DNA from: Trueperaceae bacterium
Lineage (GTDB): Bacteria > Deinococcota > Deinococci > Deinococcales > Trueperaceae
Direction of reading: 5' to 3'
Assembly: GCA_965215565.1 (NCBI GenBank)
Contig: CBDCDZ010000004.1
Location: 4,064,001 to 4,128,000, forward strand
Length of the DNA stretch: 64,000 bases
Shown: piece after piece, positions 1-12,764 of the stretch
How positions within the stretch are numbered: position 1 is the stretch's first letter
Layout: each line of letters starts with the position of its first letter
Made by a program: the position numbers and the translations under genes
The notes under the pieces: generated by a model
Told to the model about the DNA's origin: nothing
The model's database searches: none
The model's input: only the letters and a program-made list of their open reading frames with translations

Positions 1-2
1 CC

Positions 3-3665
<3,663 letters not shown>

Positions 3666-3666
3666 C

Positions 3667-3900
3667 AAGCAGGTAGCATCTGGTCATAAACGCTCTAAGC
3701 GGTGAAGGGGTTGGTCAACGCGCACATTCATATAGCAGGTAGCATCTGGTTTGAGCCAATCTCACGAGATAAAACATTGTTTCACTGTGTGAAAACTGCG
3801 TAAGCAGCACGCACTTTGAGGGATGATGCCTGCGTGATTCAGGCTCAGTACTTCTGCTAACCGCTGTAGATGATGCCTGCGCTACTTCAACCCAGCATTA
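3667..3900 (+). mobile_element. TAGC-family MITE (host copy, degenerate) interrupted by a second copy
   Basis: AAGCAGGTAGCATCTGGTC left end; sequence resumes at 3869 with GATGATGCCTGCGCTAC after the nested copy. Confidence 0.7.
3733..3866 (+). mobile_element. TAGC-family MITE nested in the host copy
   Basis: TAGCAGGTAGCATCTGGTTTGAGCCAATCTCACGAG...CAGTACTTCTGCTAACCGCTG, flanked by TA at 3731-3732 and 3867-3868. Confidence 0.8.
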
Positions 3901-3901
3901 G

Positions 3902-3935
3902 AAAGAGCCGGACACGTTCCGGCTCTTTTTCTTTT
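3902..3935 (+). terminator. Intrinsic terminator after rpoC
   Basis: AAAGAGCCGGA-cacgt-TCCGGCTCTTT followed by a T run. Confidence 0.8.
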
Positions 3936-3949
3936 GTTATTCTGGAGCG

Positions 3950-4327
3950 ATGGTTGTCGGTTTAGACCCTGGCAAGAATATTGGCGTGGCGTTCGTCAAT
4001 GCTAAGGAAAAGTTAGTTTATAGAAACATTATTACGCTAGAAGAGTTGCGGGGGCTCGAGCTTCCCCCCGGTATCACTATCGTTGTGGGTGACGGTACGG
4101 GCAGCGATAAAGTTCAAGAGGTGCTGCGTGAACGCGGTAAGACGTTTGCGCTGATGGATGAGCGGGATACAACGTTGGAGGGGCGCGAACTCTACTTCAG
4201 GGCGAATCCGCCGAGAGGTCTGCTTAGACTCCTTCCCAAAGGAATGCGCTCGCCGCCACGCCTTATTGATGACTATGCGGCGTACGCGATTGCGCTTAGG
4301 TTTTTGCGTCAAAATTGCTTTGATTGA
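3950..4327 (+). CDS. YqgF/RuvX-like RNase H-fold protein
   Basis: VGLDPG, VVGDGTGS, DERDTT and DDYAA motifs; TATTCT -10 box just upstream. Confidence 0.75.
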   Translation: MVVGLDPGKNIGVAFVNAKEKLVYRNIITLEELRGLELPPGITIVVGDGTGSDKVQEVLRERGKTFALMDERDTTLEGRELYFRANPPRGLLRLLPKGMRSPPRLIDDYAAYAIALRFLRQNCFD

Positions 4328-4328
4328 A

Positions 4329-5174
4329 CTATGAAGTTTTGGCATTGGGTTTCGGCAATGTCAAATCTACAGTTATACCGAAATGATCGCTCGCCCAAAT
4401 TCCGTCTACCGGCTCGTCGAAGACGAGTTCACAAGCCGAGATGTTCAGAGTAGGTCCACCGTGCTGTCCACACCGCACGAAAATATGGTCGATTCTTTTG
4501 TACGGCCAGTCCCAGTCCGTCTCTGTGACCAGCGGATTTCTAGTGGTAAACGTGTGACCCGGCTCGCTGAGGTGCACGCTGTCCCAAGCGTTACGGTAGC
4601 AAACGCTCACGCCGTCTAAAGATTGTTTACCAGCAAGAAAGCGCATGCTGGCAGCGTCGAGGCCGCCCGCTATGATGACGTGCATGTTTTGCTCTCTAAC
4701 CATAGCTTCGGTAGACCGAGCCGCAATTACGGTTTGCAACTCGCGCTCATACTCGTAATCTACTTGCCAATTGGGAAAGTGGTTGACGAGTAAGAGAGGT
4801 CCAAAGGGCTCCGGCGCTTGAATTTTAGCAATGAGCGTCGTGCAGGAGAAAGCTACTGTGCGAGGTGTGACGTTCAGATCAAGCTCGCGCACCTCTAGGA
4901 TGGGCCAGCGACTAGCGACCGAAGCGCCTTGACCGTCCTCTTCCCTCGCCTCTGAATTGACAATATGAAAGTCAGAGGGGAGTAAGTCGGCAGCTTGGTC
5001 GTAGTCACCGGTCACAATTGTCTCTTTTCAAGAGACGAGGTCTAGAGAGAGCTTTTTTATCCCGCTGATAAGAATGCGCCGTCGATCTTCCCAATTTGAG
5101 CGCCGACCGTAAAGGTTATGTGTCAAAACCCTCACGCTGTCACCATCAAATGAGCGTTGATTGCTGTTTTTCAT
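4329..5174 (-). pseudogene. Endonuclease/exonuclease/phosphatase family gene with an internal TGA
   Basis: ATG at 5174 gives VRVLTHNLYG...DLVS*KETI with an in-frame stop at 5030-5028; C-terminal RIDHIF and SDHFG motifs. Confidence 0.7.
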
Positions 5175-5190
5175 CTGCGGATTATAAATG

Positions 5191-5258
5191 ATACGGATTC
5201 TGGTTGATTACTGCATAAACTCCTTCGGAGTTTCTTCCGTTATCACCGGAATCCGTAT
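5191..5258. mobile_element. ATAC...GTAT-family miniature element
   Basis: Terminal inverted repeat ATACGGATTCTGGT / ACCGGAATCCGTAT; internal AAACTCC-TTCG-GAGTTT hairpin. Confidence 0.7.
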
Positions 5259-5474
5259 TTGTTGCTACTCGCTCAGGAGCCTTCAGCCGGGCGTATCATG
5301 CCGTTGTAGATGGCTTGTGCTGGCTATTCGTTGATATTACCACCGGCTGATGGCTCTTCCTCGGGATTAAACACGCTACTTTATAGCGTGTTTAACCGGC
5401 AAGGGTATGACGCGCTAATTTTGTGTCTAGCGTGGTTATGCTCGAGTTGTAAAATAGATGAGTAGCGACAGTTC

Positions 5475-5789
5475 CTATTTCGTTAGATGAATTTCAAGCT
5501 CATCCATCGTCTTTAGAAATGCCGCCTCTAAGTCGACCTCATGCGCCTGCGCCAAAACTATCACCGACCATAAGCAGTCAGCGAGTTCGTGCCCCAGCTT
5601 ACCTTTGGCATCAGGGATATCTCTCACACCATTCATAGCTTGAACGAGCTTTGCCAAATCTCCTACGTCTCCTACAAACCCTAACGCAAGCTCTTCATCC
5701 GTCCAACTTCGCCCGTACTTGACCTCTTCAAATTCAGCGTAGAGCGCTCTAACCTTAGCGGCGCGGCGCGTCAGTTCGGCAAATTCCAT
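5475..5789 (-). CDS. MazG-like nucleotide pyrophosphohydrolase
   Basis: GDVGDL...HELADCL motif. Confidence 0.8.
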   Translation of the reverse strand: MEFAELTRRAAKVRALYAEFEEVKYGRSWTDEELALGFVGDVGDLAKLVQAMNGVRDIPDAKGKLGHELADCLWSVIVLAQAHEVDLEAAFLKTMDELEIHLTK

Positions 5790-5861
5790 CCTCACCTCTT
5801 CCAGAAAGCAAAAAAATAGACCAGGATAACCCTGGTCTCATAAAAACATATTTAGGGGTGC

Positions 5862-6368
5862 TTAGTTCAGATCGTCGTCGTCGCCCGCGTCCATCATGTT
5901 GCGCGCTTCTTTGGCGGTGATACCCATGACCGCACTGATTTCACCCGCTAAGAGGCGGAGTGAGCGGCGGTAAGCCTGGCGGTCTAAGTCGGGTAGACCA
6001 CGCTCTAAGTCCCAGCGGCGGAGTTCGCTCGCTAAGGTGGCGATTTGGTAGGGGTCGCCACTTGAAAGAATCTCGGTGACGCGGCGGTGACGCGCTGCCC
6101 ACTGCTTGGGGAGATTGATGCGTCCGTTATTGAGACGCTCTAGAACCCCTTGAACCTCTTTTTTCGTAAGCGCGGGGCGCAGACCGGCGGCTTGGGGTGA
6201 GGCAACCGGCACGAACGCTTTGGAAGTGCCGTTGGGAAAATCTACTTCGTAGTATTGATAATCCGAGCCCGCGACGGTGCGCACTGTCGTGCCTGAAACG
6301 ACGCCGACACCGTAGGGGGGCAAGACAACCTGGTCACCATTTTTGTAAGCTTTCTGTGATTCTTTCAA
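5862..6368 (-). CDS. carD: CarD family transcriptional regulator
   Basis: GDQVVLPPYGVG and GLRP motifs, conserved Trp (KQWAAR); AAGGAG RBS before TTG at 6368. Confidence 0.92.
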   Translation of the reverse strand: MKESQKAYKNGDQVVLPPYGVGVVSGTTVRTVAGSDYQYYEVDFPNGTSKAFVPVASPQAAGLRPALTKKEVQGVLERLNNGRINLPKQWAARHRRVTEILSSGDPYQIATLASELRRWDLERGLPDLDRQAYRRSLRLLAGEISAVMGITAKEARNMMDAGDDDDLN

Positions 6369-6764
6369 AGGTATACACTCCTTTAGTTGGCACATTCGAA
6401 TTAGCGCGGCGCTCGCTGAGCGTCAATAACGCAGCGCATTAGGGATTATGCGGGGTATGAAATCAGTTGTTTCTGGGATTATTAGGTGTGCTTGTCGCTT
6501 CAACGGAGAAGAGATGTAAAGCACAACCACGTGCATTATTGTAACAAATTTCTCGCCTATTTACTAGCGTCAGCCTACAGAGTATGAAGATTCTTACAGG
6601 GTAGGGGGACAGTAAATGGTGTACTCTCTCATCAACCGGGTTCAAAATGGGCGTCCCTCGGTATAAGGTTGGGTGAAGAGGTGAGGGTAGCCGAAGAGTA
6701 GCGCGAGAACACTACCGACTTGGTCAATGTTTGGTAAAGACCTCGAGAAGACTTTGGGAGAACC

Positions 6765-7673
6765 TCAAGGCTCCGAGGCGGCTCGGCTTGGCGCGGGCTG
6801 AGCGGCGCGGCTGTTGCGCGTGGTGAGCGCGACGCCGAAGAGCAAGATGAGACCACCTAAAATCGTGAGGAGTGTAGGCACCTCGCTGAAGAGGAGGAGG
6901 GCTAAGAGGCTCGAGCCCACGGGCTCCAACAGAATCACCGTTGCTACAAACGTCGGGTCTAAATGCTTCACCACGTAGTTAAACGAGGTGTGCCCGATGA
7001 GTTGCGGCACGAGGGCTAAGAGCGCAATCCAGAAGAGGGTTTCTAAGCTATAGCCTGTGTAAGAAAAGTTGAAAAAGAGCGGCAGTGGCAAGAGGACGAG
7101 TGCAGAGACTCCATAAGCGACTCCGATATAGGCTTGTAGTGACAGTCCGCGCCGCTGCGCCGCTCGCCCTAAAAGAAGATACGCCGAGGCGCAAATCGCC
7201 CCCATGAGCGCGAGCGTGTCGCCTAAGAGCGGCGCGCTCCCGCCACTGAGATTACCAAAACCGATGAGCGCCCCGCCGAGTACGGCGATCAGCACGCCCA
7301 TCAAGACCGTAAATGAGGGCGCGAGCCCCAAAAATATCCAGCTAAAGAGCGCTACCCAGAGCGGATTGGTAGTGACCAGAACGACGCTCGCCGCGACAGT
7401 CGTGTAGGACAAAGAGGTGATCCAGGTGGCGAAGTGTGCGCCTAGAAAGAGTCCCGCGAGCAGCGTGTAACCTACGTTCTCCCTGGTGAGCGGTGTTTCC
7501 TTGAGCGCTCTGAGCGTCCAAGGAAGTAAGACGAGGCTGGCGACGAGCATCCTGTACGCCGCCACGACCACGCCGGGCGCGTCGGCCAAGCGGATGAAGA
7601 TAGCAGCTAGGCTCACGGCGACGACGCCGCAGCCCAAGATGAGGTAGAGGCGTGAAGTGGCAGGCTGACCCAT
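6765..7673 (-). CDS. DMT/EamA family transporter
   Basis: About 10 TM segments; PQLIGHT and LEPVG motifs. Confidence 0.9.
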   Translation of the reverse strand: MGQPATSRLYLILGCGVVAVSLAAIFIRLADAPGVVVAAYRMLVASLVLLPWTLRALKETPLTRENVGYTLLAGLFLGAHFATWITSLSYTTVAASVVLVTTNPLWVALFSWIFLGLAPSFTVLMGVLIAVLGGALIGFGNLSGGSAPLLGDTLALMGAICASAYLLLGRAAQRRGLSLQAYIGVAYGVSALVLLPLPLFFNFSYTGYSLETLFWIALLALVPQLIGHTSFNYVVKHLDPTFVATVILLEPVGSSLLALLLFSEVPTLLTILGGLILLFGVALTTRNSRAAQPAPSRAASEP

Positions 7674-7816
7674 AGTCGCATCGTACCCCTTGCCCAGCCT
7701 AGATGTAAGAGCAAAATGGTGTCACCTTTAGAATTGATATACAGTATTCAACAAACGGCTGTTTTTTAGAGTTGCAGCAATGACTCATAAAATTGCTAGT
7801 AAAATGAACAGCAGTT

Positions 7817-8175
7817 ATACGAGGTTGCACGGCTTAAGTAGGTGCATCGAAATAACCTAAACTAGAGAATGTCAACGAAGTCCGTTCTGAGCGTAAAAAC
7901 TTCCTCGAGATTGTTTAGATTATTGAAGCCGAAGTACTTAGTTTTACAAACTAAGCCGTGCCCTTCACGGATGGGACGTAAACTCGGCCCAAGCCCGCTC
8001 TCAGGCGAAGCCGTTCCGCTAGGCTCTGCCTGAGAGCTGGACGGCTAAAGCTGAGTCGCTGAAAAGCTCTATGCACGAAATACAGCCGCGTGCTCCCGCC
8101 GTCGCATACGCTCCCGCTAGCCGCTAGGCGAAGCAACGCCCTCAGTTGGGGTAAGTAAACTGTGCAATTCTGTAT
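7817..8175. mobile_element. ATAC...GTAT-family composite MITE (long, filled copy)
   Basis: Ends ATACGAGGTTGCACGGCTTA / TAAGTAAACTGTGCAATTCTGTAT match the short copy at 55343-55444. Confidence 0.8.
7837..7938 (+). mobile_element. AGTA...TACT-family MITE nested in the ATAC element
   Basis: TA on both sides; homologous to the reverse complement of 34804-34904; absent from the copy at 55343. Confidence 0.8.
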
Positions 8176-9077
8176 CAGTAGGTTTCTTCGCCGTTCGCCA
8201 GCCACCTTGCACACTCCTCCCCGAGTTCTTCAACAGCGCTTTTTTCGTACGCCGCGACCTCTTCCGCCGTGAGCGTTTGCTGCCAGCGCCCGTTCGTGCC
8301 CTTGTTGATAAAGGTGCGAGCGCCGCCTTCCCAGATGGCGTCCGCGCCAGGCACCACCGTGCCCGCGTTCCGCTTCATCCAGTCGAACGAGCAGTACCCG
8401 ACGGTCTCCTCCCACCGCGTCTCGTCGATATGGACGTCCAAAAACGCCGCGATGCGCCGCATCTGCCCCGGCAGGTCGCGTTTGAGGTCGTCAAAGTGTA
8501 GGAGCATGACGTTGGGCAGCTCGCGCTGCGCCCACCAGCCGCGCACGTGCTCCCAGAAGGGCCAGAAGGGATAGCCGTCCCCCTCGAACCACTCGCGCCA
8601 GAAGAGGTGAACGTCGCCTGCGGGCGGCTCGAGGGGTGGTCCGACTCGTCCAGGTGCGCTGTTGATCGCCTCGTAGAAGGCGGGCGTAAACGCGCGGAAG
8701 TGGTTGTACAAACTCCACGCAATATCACGCCCGTCGCGCCCGACGTAGAGGTATTGCGCTTTGGGCGAGAAGACGAGGGCGTCTACGGGGAGGTGGGTCT
8801 TGAAGACCCGCCGGTGCGTCTGCGCCTCCACCTCAGGCAGCTTCACCTCTTTCGGGGGAAGGCGCAAGTCGAGCCAGGGAGATAGTTTTGTAAGCTCAAG
8901 TTCAGGGTCAGGACCGAACAGCATCTGAGCCGCGATTTGCTGCGTCCAGGTTGAGCCTGACTTGCCGTAGTTCGCCACAACAATGTCATCGTCGCGGAAC
9001 GTCAGGTCGTTCCAGATGCTCGAGTCCATATGGTGGTTATGCATCTCGCGGGTTTTTTGGGGCCAAGTTTGGTTCAT
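8175..9077 (-). CDS. PAPS-dependent sulfotransferase
   Basis: YGKSGSTW PSB loop, KTHLP, RDGRD and KGTNGRW motifs. Confidence 0.92.
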   Translation of the reverse strand: MNQTWPQKTREMHNHHMDSSIWNDLTFRDDDIVVANYGKSGSTWTQQIAAQMLFGPDPELELTKLSPWLDLRLPPKEVKLPEVEAQTHRRVFKTHLPVDALVFSPKAQYLYVGRDGRDIAWSLYNHFRAFTPAFYEAINSAPGRVGPPLEPPAGDVHLFWREWFEGDGYPFWPFWEHVRGWWAQRELPNVMLLHFDDLKRDLPGQMRRIAAFLDVHIDETRWEETVGYCSFDWMKRNAGTVVPGADAIWEGGARTFINKGTNGRWQQTLTAEEVAAYEKSAVEELGEECARWLANGEETY

Positions 9078-9394
9078 GATTCCCTTTCCTTTATAGCTAA
9101 GAGCAGCGCGACGCCCGGAGACGTTCTGTGAGAGAGCGTCTCAACACCTCGTGCCCAGTATTTGGTGCCCGGCACTTAGTGCCCGGTACTCAATGCAACG
9201 CACAGCAGGACGAACTATATGCACAGCTCGTCGGCGGTGCGGTATTCTCCCGACGAAGGCAGTCGTCTACCGAGCTGAGACGCGAGCGCCCACCCTCGTG
9301 GAGCGTCAATCACCCTCTTCTGGCGGCGAGAAGGGTGCCCCTTGAACCCCTAGCCTCTCTAAGCTCAGCTAATCTCTACGGCACCCTCTGCACT

Positions 9395-10468
9395 TCAGTC
9401 GAGCAGTACCAGAGATTCAGGCTTTGTTACCGTCACCGCGCCCGTAGGGGCAGGGTCAACGGCTCCTTCTAGCGACAGCACATCGTCAAAGCGCAAAACA
9501 GCGTTCGTCGCCTTGTCGCCGACGTAGAGCGCCGAGCCGTCGAAGGTGAGGTCAGAGGGGTTGCCCAGCCCTGAGTTAGGTCCCGCAAGTTGCGCTTTGA
9601 CCTCAGTATCGCCTTCGGCTCCGCTCGCGTTCTCGATGACGAAGAGCTTGCCGTCCGTGCCAAAGCCAAGCTCGTCCGAGTCTTTCGCGGAACCGAAGTC
9701 CGCGACGATGAGCGTGTCTTGCTCGGGCAAGTGGATGATGCCGTGAAGGTTAGCTGAGGCTTTTTCGCCCCCTAGCGTCGGAACGATGACGCGCTCAGGA
9801 CCGCGCTCGCCCCGCCTTAATAGGTAGTCGTTGTAAACGAGAATGACGCCGTCGGTCGTCGCGACGAAGAGACGCTGCTGCGCCGGGTCAACCGCGAGGT
9901 CCCAAGGTTGGCGCGGTTCGCCTGCCGAGGTTTGCCCTAAGTCGGTGATGTTGAATAAGGGTGCTGCGTCCCCCTCCGCCTCCGTATCAAACCCCTTGAC
10001 CGTATTCGTGCCGAAATCTGCGACGCTCACGACGCCGAGCGTGCTGTCCACCACCAACCCTTTAGGCTGATCTAAACCCGTCGCTGGACCGTGAATATAA
10101 CGTACTTCAGCAGGTCCCTCCATGAAGCGCGGGATGACGAGGAGTCCACCAGGGGTGTCTTCGGTCGTGCCAACGTCGAAGCTGAGCAGCGCGGTGCCCT
10201 CCTCTTTCAAGCAAATGTACTCGAGGCTAAGCGCTTCACTCAACACGCCTTCGCCCGCTGTAAGCAACTCAGTAGCAGTTGAGAGGTCGCCTTGTAGCGC
10301 CAGCACTTCTGAGGCGGGGTCGGTCTCTAAAATTGCCAACGGCGGCTTGCTTATCGCGAGAAGTTTTGCGCTGTCCAACGCTAGAGCGTCCTGGGCTTGC
10401 GCCAAGCTAGGAGCAAGTAGAGCGAAATACAAAAGATATAGGGCGTGGCGTAAGGTCATATGAATCAT
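9395..10468 (-). CDS. Secreted beta-propeller (NHL-like) protein of unknown function
   Basis: Signal peptide ending AQA; repeated PKGL/PWDL/PSDL-x-VAD blades. Confidence 0.6.
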   Translation of the reverse strand: MIHMTLRHALYLLYFALLAPSLAQAQDALALDSAKLLAISKPPLAILETDPASEVLALQGDLSTATELLTAGEGVLSEALSLEYICLKEEGTALLSFDVGTTEDTPGGLLVIPRFMEGPAEVRYIHGPATGLDQPKGLVVDSTLGVVSVADFGTNTVKGFDTEAEGDAAPLFNITDLGQTSAGEPRQPWDLAVDPAQQRLFVATTDGVILVYNDYLLRRGERGPERVIVPTLGGEKASANLHGIIHLPEQDTLIVADFGSAKDSDELGFGTDGKLFVIENASGAEGDTEVKAQLAGPNSGLGNPSDLTFDGSALYVGDKATNAVLRFDDVLSLEGAVDPAPTGAVTVTKPESLVLLD

Positions 10469-10787
10469 CGTTCTCCCATTTATGTCGAGGTCTAGGTGGA
10501 TACCGGGTTCGGGTTTCGAAACGAGCTTATGGCGCTCGACATGACCGAGCCCTGACCCGCATGAATATGAAATGAAATTCTTTAAGGAAATTTCAAAACA
10601 GATAGTTGGTTCGGATTTTGAAACGCAATAACTGAAAAGTCGTGTCCGCTAAACAGTTTGGATGAGCGCGTACAGGTACTGTTCCTATGTCTTGGGCTGG
10701 CTTCCGCTGGGTTTGCTCATCAGCTTAGATTCAAGGGTACAAGGACGGTGCAGAAGGTAAAAGGGGCTACCTTTAGTTCTGCTTGAC

Positions 10788-10963
10788 CTATCTTGTGGTC
10801 TGCTCAACCTTGCGCCAAGCAGCAGGGGAAAGCGCGTGGCGCTTGCGAAAAAGGTGGCTGAAGGTGCTCGGGTCGGTATAGCCCACAGCTTCACCGATAG
10901 CGCTCACAGGTTCATCGGTGTTCGCGAGTAACCTCTTAGCCTCTTGCATCCGCCGCCCAATGC
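10788..10963 (-). pseudogene. AraC family regulator, C-terminal HTH remnant
   Basis: RMQEAKRLL...IGEAVGYTDPSTFSHLFRK...SP; the 5' part is replaced by repeat elements. Confidence 0.8.
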
Positions 10964-11350
10964 AGCGCGCACATTTTGAGATGGTATCTGCGCTCATCCG
11001 TCTCAGTATGTTTTGGAAATGCTATTAAATTAGCGTTTCCACGTTTCATTGCTGTAGCAATGAAACGTGCTTGTCGGATGCGTTCACGAAGTCGCCAGTG
11101 GGAGCGAAGTGACGCGCAAGCCTTAGAAATAAATGCAGGGCAGTTGGTGCAGCGAAGCGTGGAACTGCTAAATGAGGCTTGCGCTATTCCAATTCAGTAC
11201 TTCTGTGGACTGCTTTATAGCAAGTATCATTTGGTTTGAGCCAATCTGAGAAGAGGGAACGTAGTCTAGCGCGCACGTTCGGGAATGATACTTGCGTGAT
11301 TCAAGCTCAGTGCTTATGTGAATTGCTTTATATCGTGGAACTGCTGTGTA
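10964..11350. mobile_element. Pile-up of TAGC-family elements and fragments
   Basis: Right-half fragments at 10964-11024 and 11171-11215; element TAGCGTTTCCACG...CGTGGAACTGCTA at 11031-11170; full copy at 11218-11328 flanked by TA. Confidence 0.75.
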
Positions 11351-11429
11351 TAGTGGGATGCGTGAGCCTAGAAGGTCGGCGAATTTGAACCGAAGCTAGC
11401 CCAAGAGGTGCACCTCAAGCTCAGCTACC

Positions 11430-12089
11430 CTAGCGCCGTAATACCCAGACGTTCTCTTTCACCGGGCGCATACCCTTTAATCCCTCAGGAACGTCCAGGC
11501 TTTCTACGAGCGACGGATGATAAACACCTCTATAGCGCCGCTCAACCTCCTCTTTGCTGACCGAGAAAGGCGGACCTTCAAACAAGCGCTGGTCGAATTC
11601 GTAAGTGATCAGTAGTTGCGGTGCACTGCGTGTTATTTCCGTCAAGTGCGCTGCATACCGCTCACGTACAGGTTCAGCTAGAGCAATGAGCGCCGCCCTG
11701 TCGTAAACTGCGTCAACGGAGCCGAGCATCTCGCCGGACACGCTGAAGACGTCGCCGACAAAGATGTCCAGGTGCGCCGCGCTGTAGCGCCTCACCTCGC
11801 TCAAGTCTGACCTCTTTGGCTCGACGCCTAACTCCTGAAAAAGTTGCTCGACAGCCCCCTCGACGAGTTCAGCACCTATGACGTAGTAGCCCTGGGCGAG
11901 TAGCCAGGCGATGTCGAGCGTTTTACCGCAGAGGGGTACGAACACGCGGCTGCCCTGCAGAAGTGAAAGAGCACTAAAATGTTTGACTAGCGAGGGGTTC
12001 ACTTCGCTTTTGTGAAAGCCAATGTTGTCGTTTCGCCACCTCTCAAACCAAAGTTCTCTCTGCGTTTCAACGTTCTCGTTCTCAGTCAT
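11430..12089 (-). CDS. tpm: Thiopurine S-methyltransferase family
   Basis: W..RW...NIGFH, RVFVPLCGK, YDRAALIAL and GPPFSV motifs. Confidence 0.92.
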   Translation of the reverse strand: MTENENVETQRELWFERWRNDNIGFHKSEVNPSLVKHFSALSLLQGSRVFVPLCGKTLDIAWLLAQGYYVIGAELVEGAVEQLFQELGVEPKRSDLSEVRRYSAAHLDIFVGDVFSVSGEMLGSVDAVYDRAALIALAEPVRERYAAHLTEITRSAPQLLITYEFDQRLFEGPPFSVSKEEVERRYRGVYHPSLVESLDVPEGLKGMRPVKENVWVLRR

Positions 12090-12172
12090 AAGCGCTCCTA
12101 CAGGATGAGTTTGAACCAGGTCCATAGCTAAGTTGACGAACAAGCCCTTGTCGGCAGTTGGAGTACAAACCC

Positions 12173-12673
12173 TCACGGCGACACTACGCCTAGCAAATCG
12201 TCCAGGTCGAGTCGCCCTGTAACCATTGCAAAACTCCCGTCCGGCTTGCGCGGCCACACCTCTTGCGGACGGTCCCAGCATAGCTCCACCCCATTGCCGT
12301 CAGGGTCACGCAGGTACAGCGCTTCGCTGACGCCGTGGTCGCTCGCGCCGTCTAAGGGAACACCGGCGGACATCAGGCGGCGCAGCGCGTCTGAGAGCGC
12401 GGCGCGCGTCGGGTAAAGGATAGCGAGGTGGTAGAGCCCGGTCGTGCCCGCAGGAGGCGGCGATCCCCCGAGGCTCTCCCAGGTGTTCAGCCCTATGTGA
12501 TGGTGATAACCGCCCGCTGAGACGAAGGCAGCTTGTGAACCGTAGCGCAGGGTCAGTTCGAAACCGAGAACGCCGCAGTAAAAATCGAGGGCGCGCTCTA
12601 TATCTGCGACTTTAAGGTGGACGTGTCCGATGCGGGTGCCGGGGTCTATCGGACGAGTATCGTGCTTGGTCAT
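12173..12673 (-). CDS. VOC/glyoxalase family protein (CatE-like half)
   Basis: IGHVHLKV, YHHHIGLNTW and DHGVSEALYLRDPDGNGVEL motifs. Confidence 0.88.
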   Translation of the reverse strand: MTKHDTRPIDPGTRIGHVHLKVADIERALDFYCGVLGFELTLRYGSQAAFVSAGGYHHHIGLNTWESLGGSPPPAGTTGLYHLAILYPTRAALSDALRRLMSAGVPLDGASDHGVSEALYLRDPDGNGVELCWDRPQEVWPRKPDGSFAMVTGRLDLDDLLGVVSP

Positions 12674-12718
12674 GGCTGCCTCCACAAAGTTTGAAGAAGG
12701 TGTTGTCGTGGCTGAGTA

Positions 12719-12764
12719 ATACAGTTCCCGGTTGATTTCTGTAGAAATCAACCGGGAACTGTAT
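12719..12764. repeat. 46-bp palindrome of the ATAC...GTAT family
   Basis: ATACAGTTCCCGGTTGATTTCT-gt-AGAAATCAACCGGGAACTGTAT with perfect 22-bp arms. Confidence 0.9.

Noticed and set aside
5028..5030. Selenocysteine readthrough of the in-frame TGA
   Set aside because: Not a Cys position in the family, no SECIS-like hairpin recognised, and other motifs are degraded
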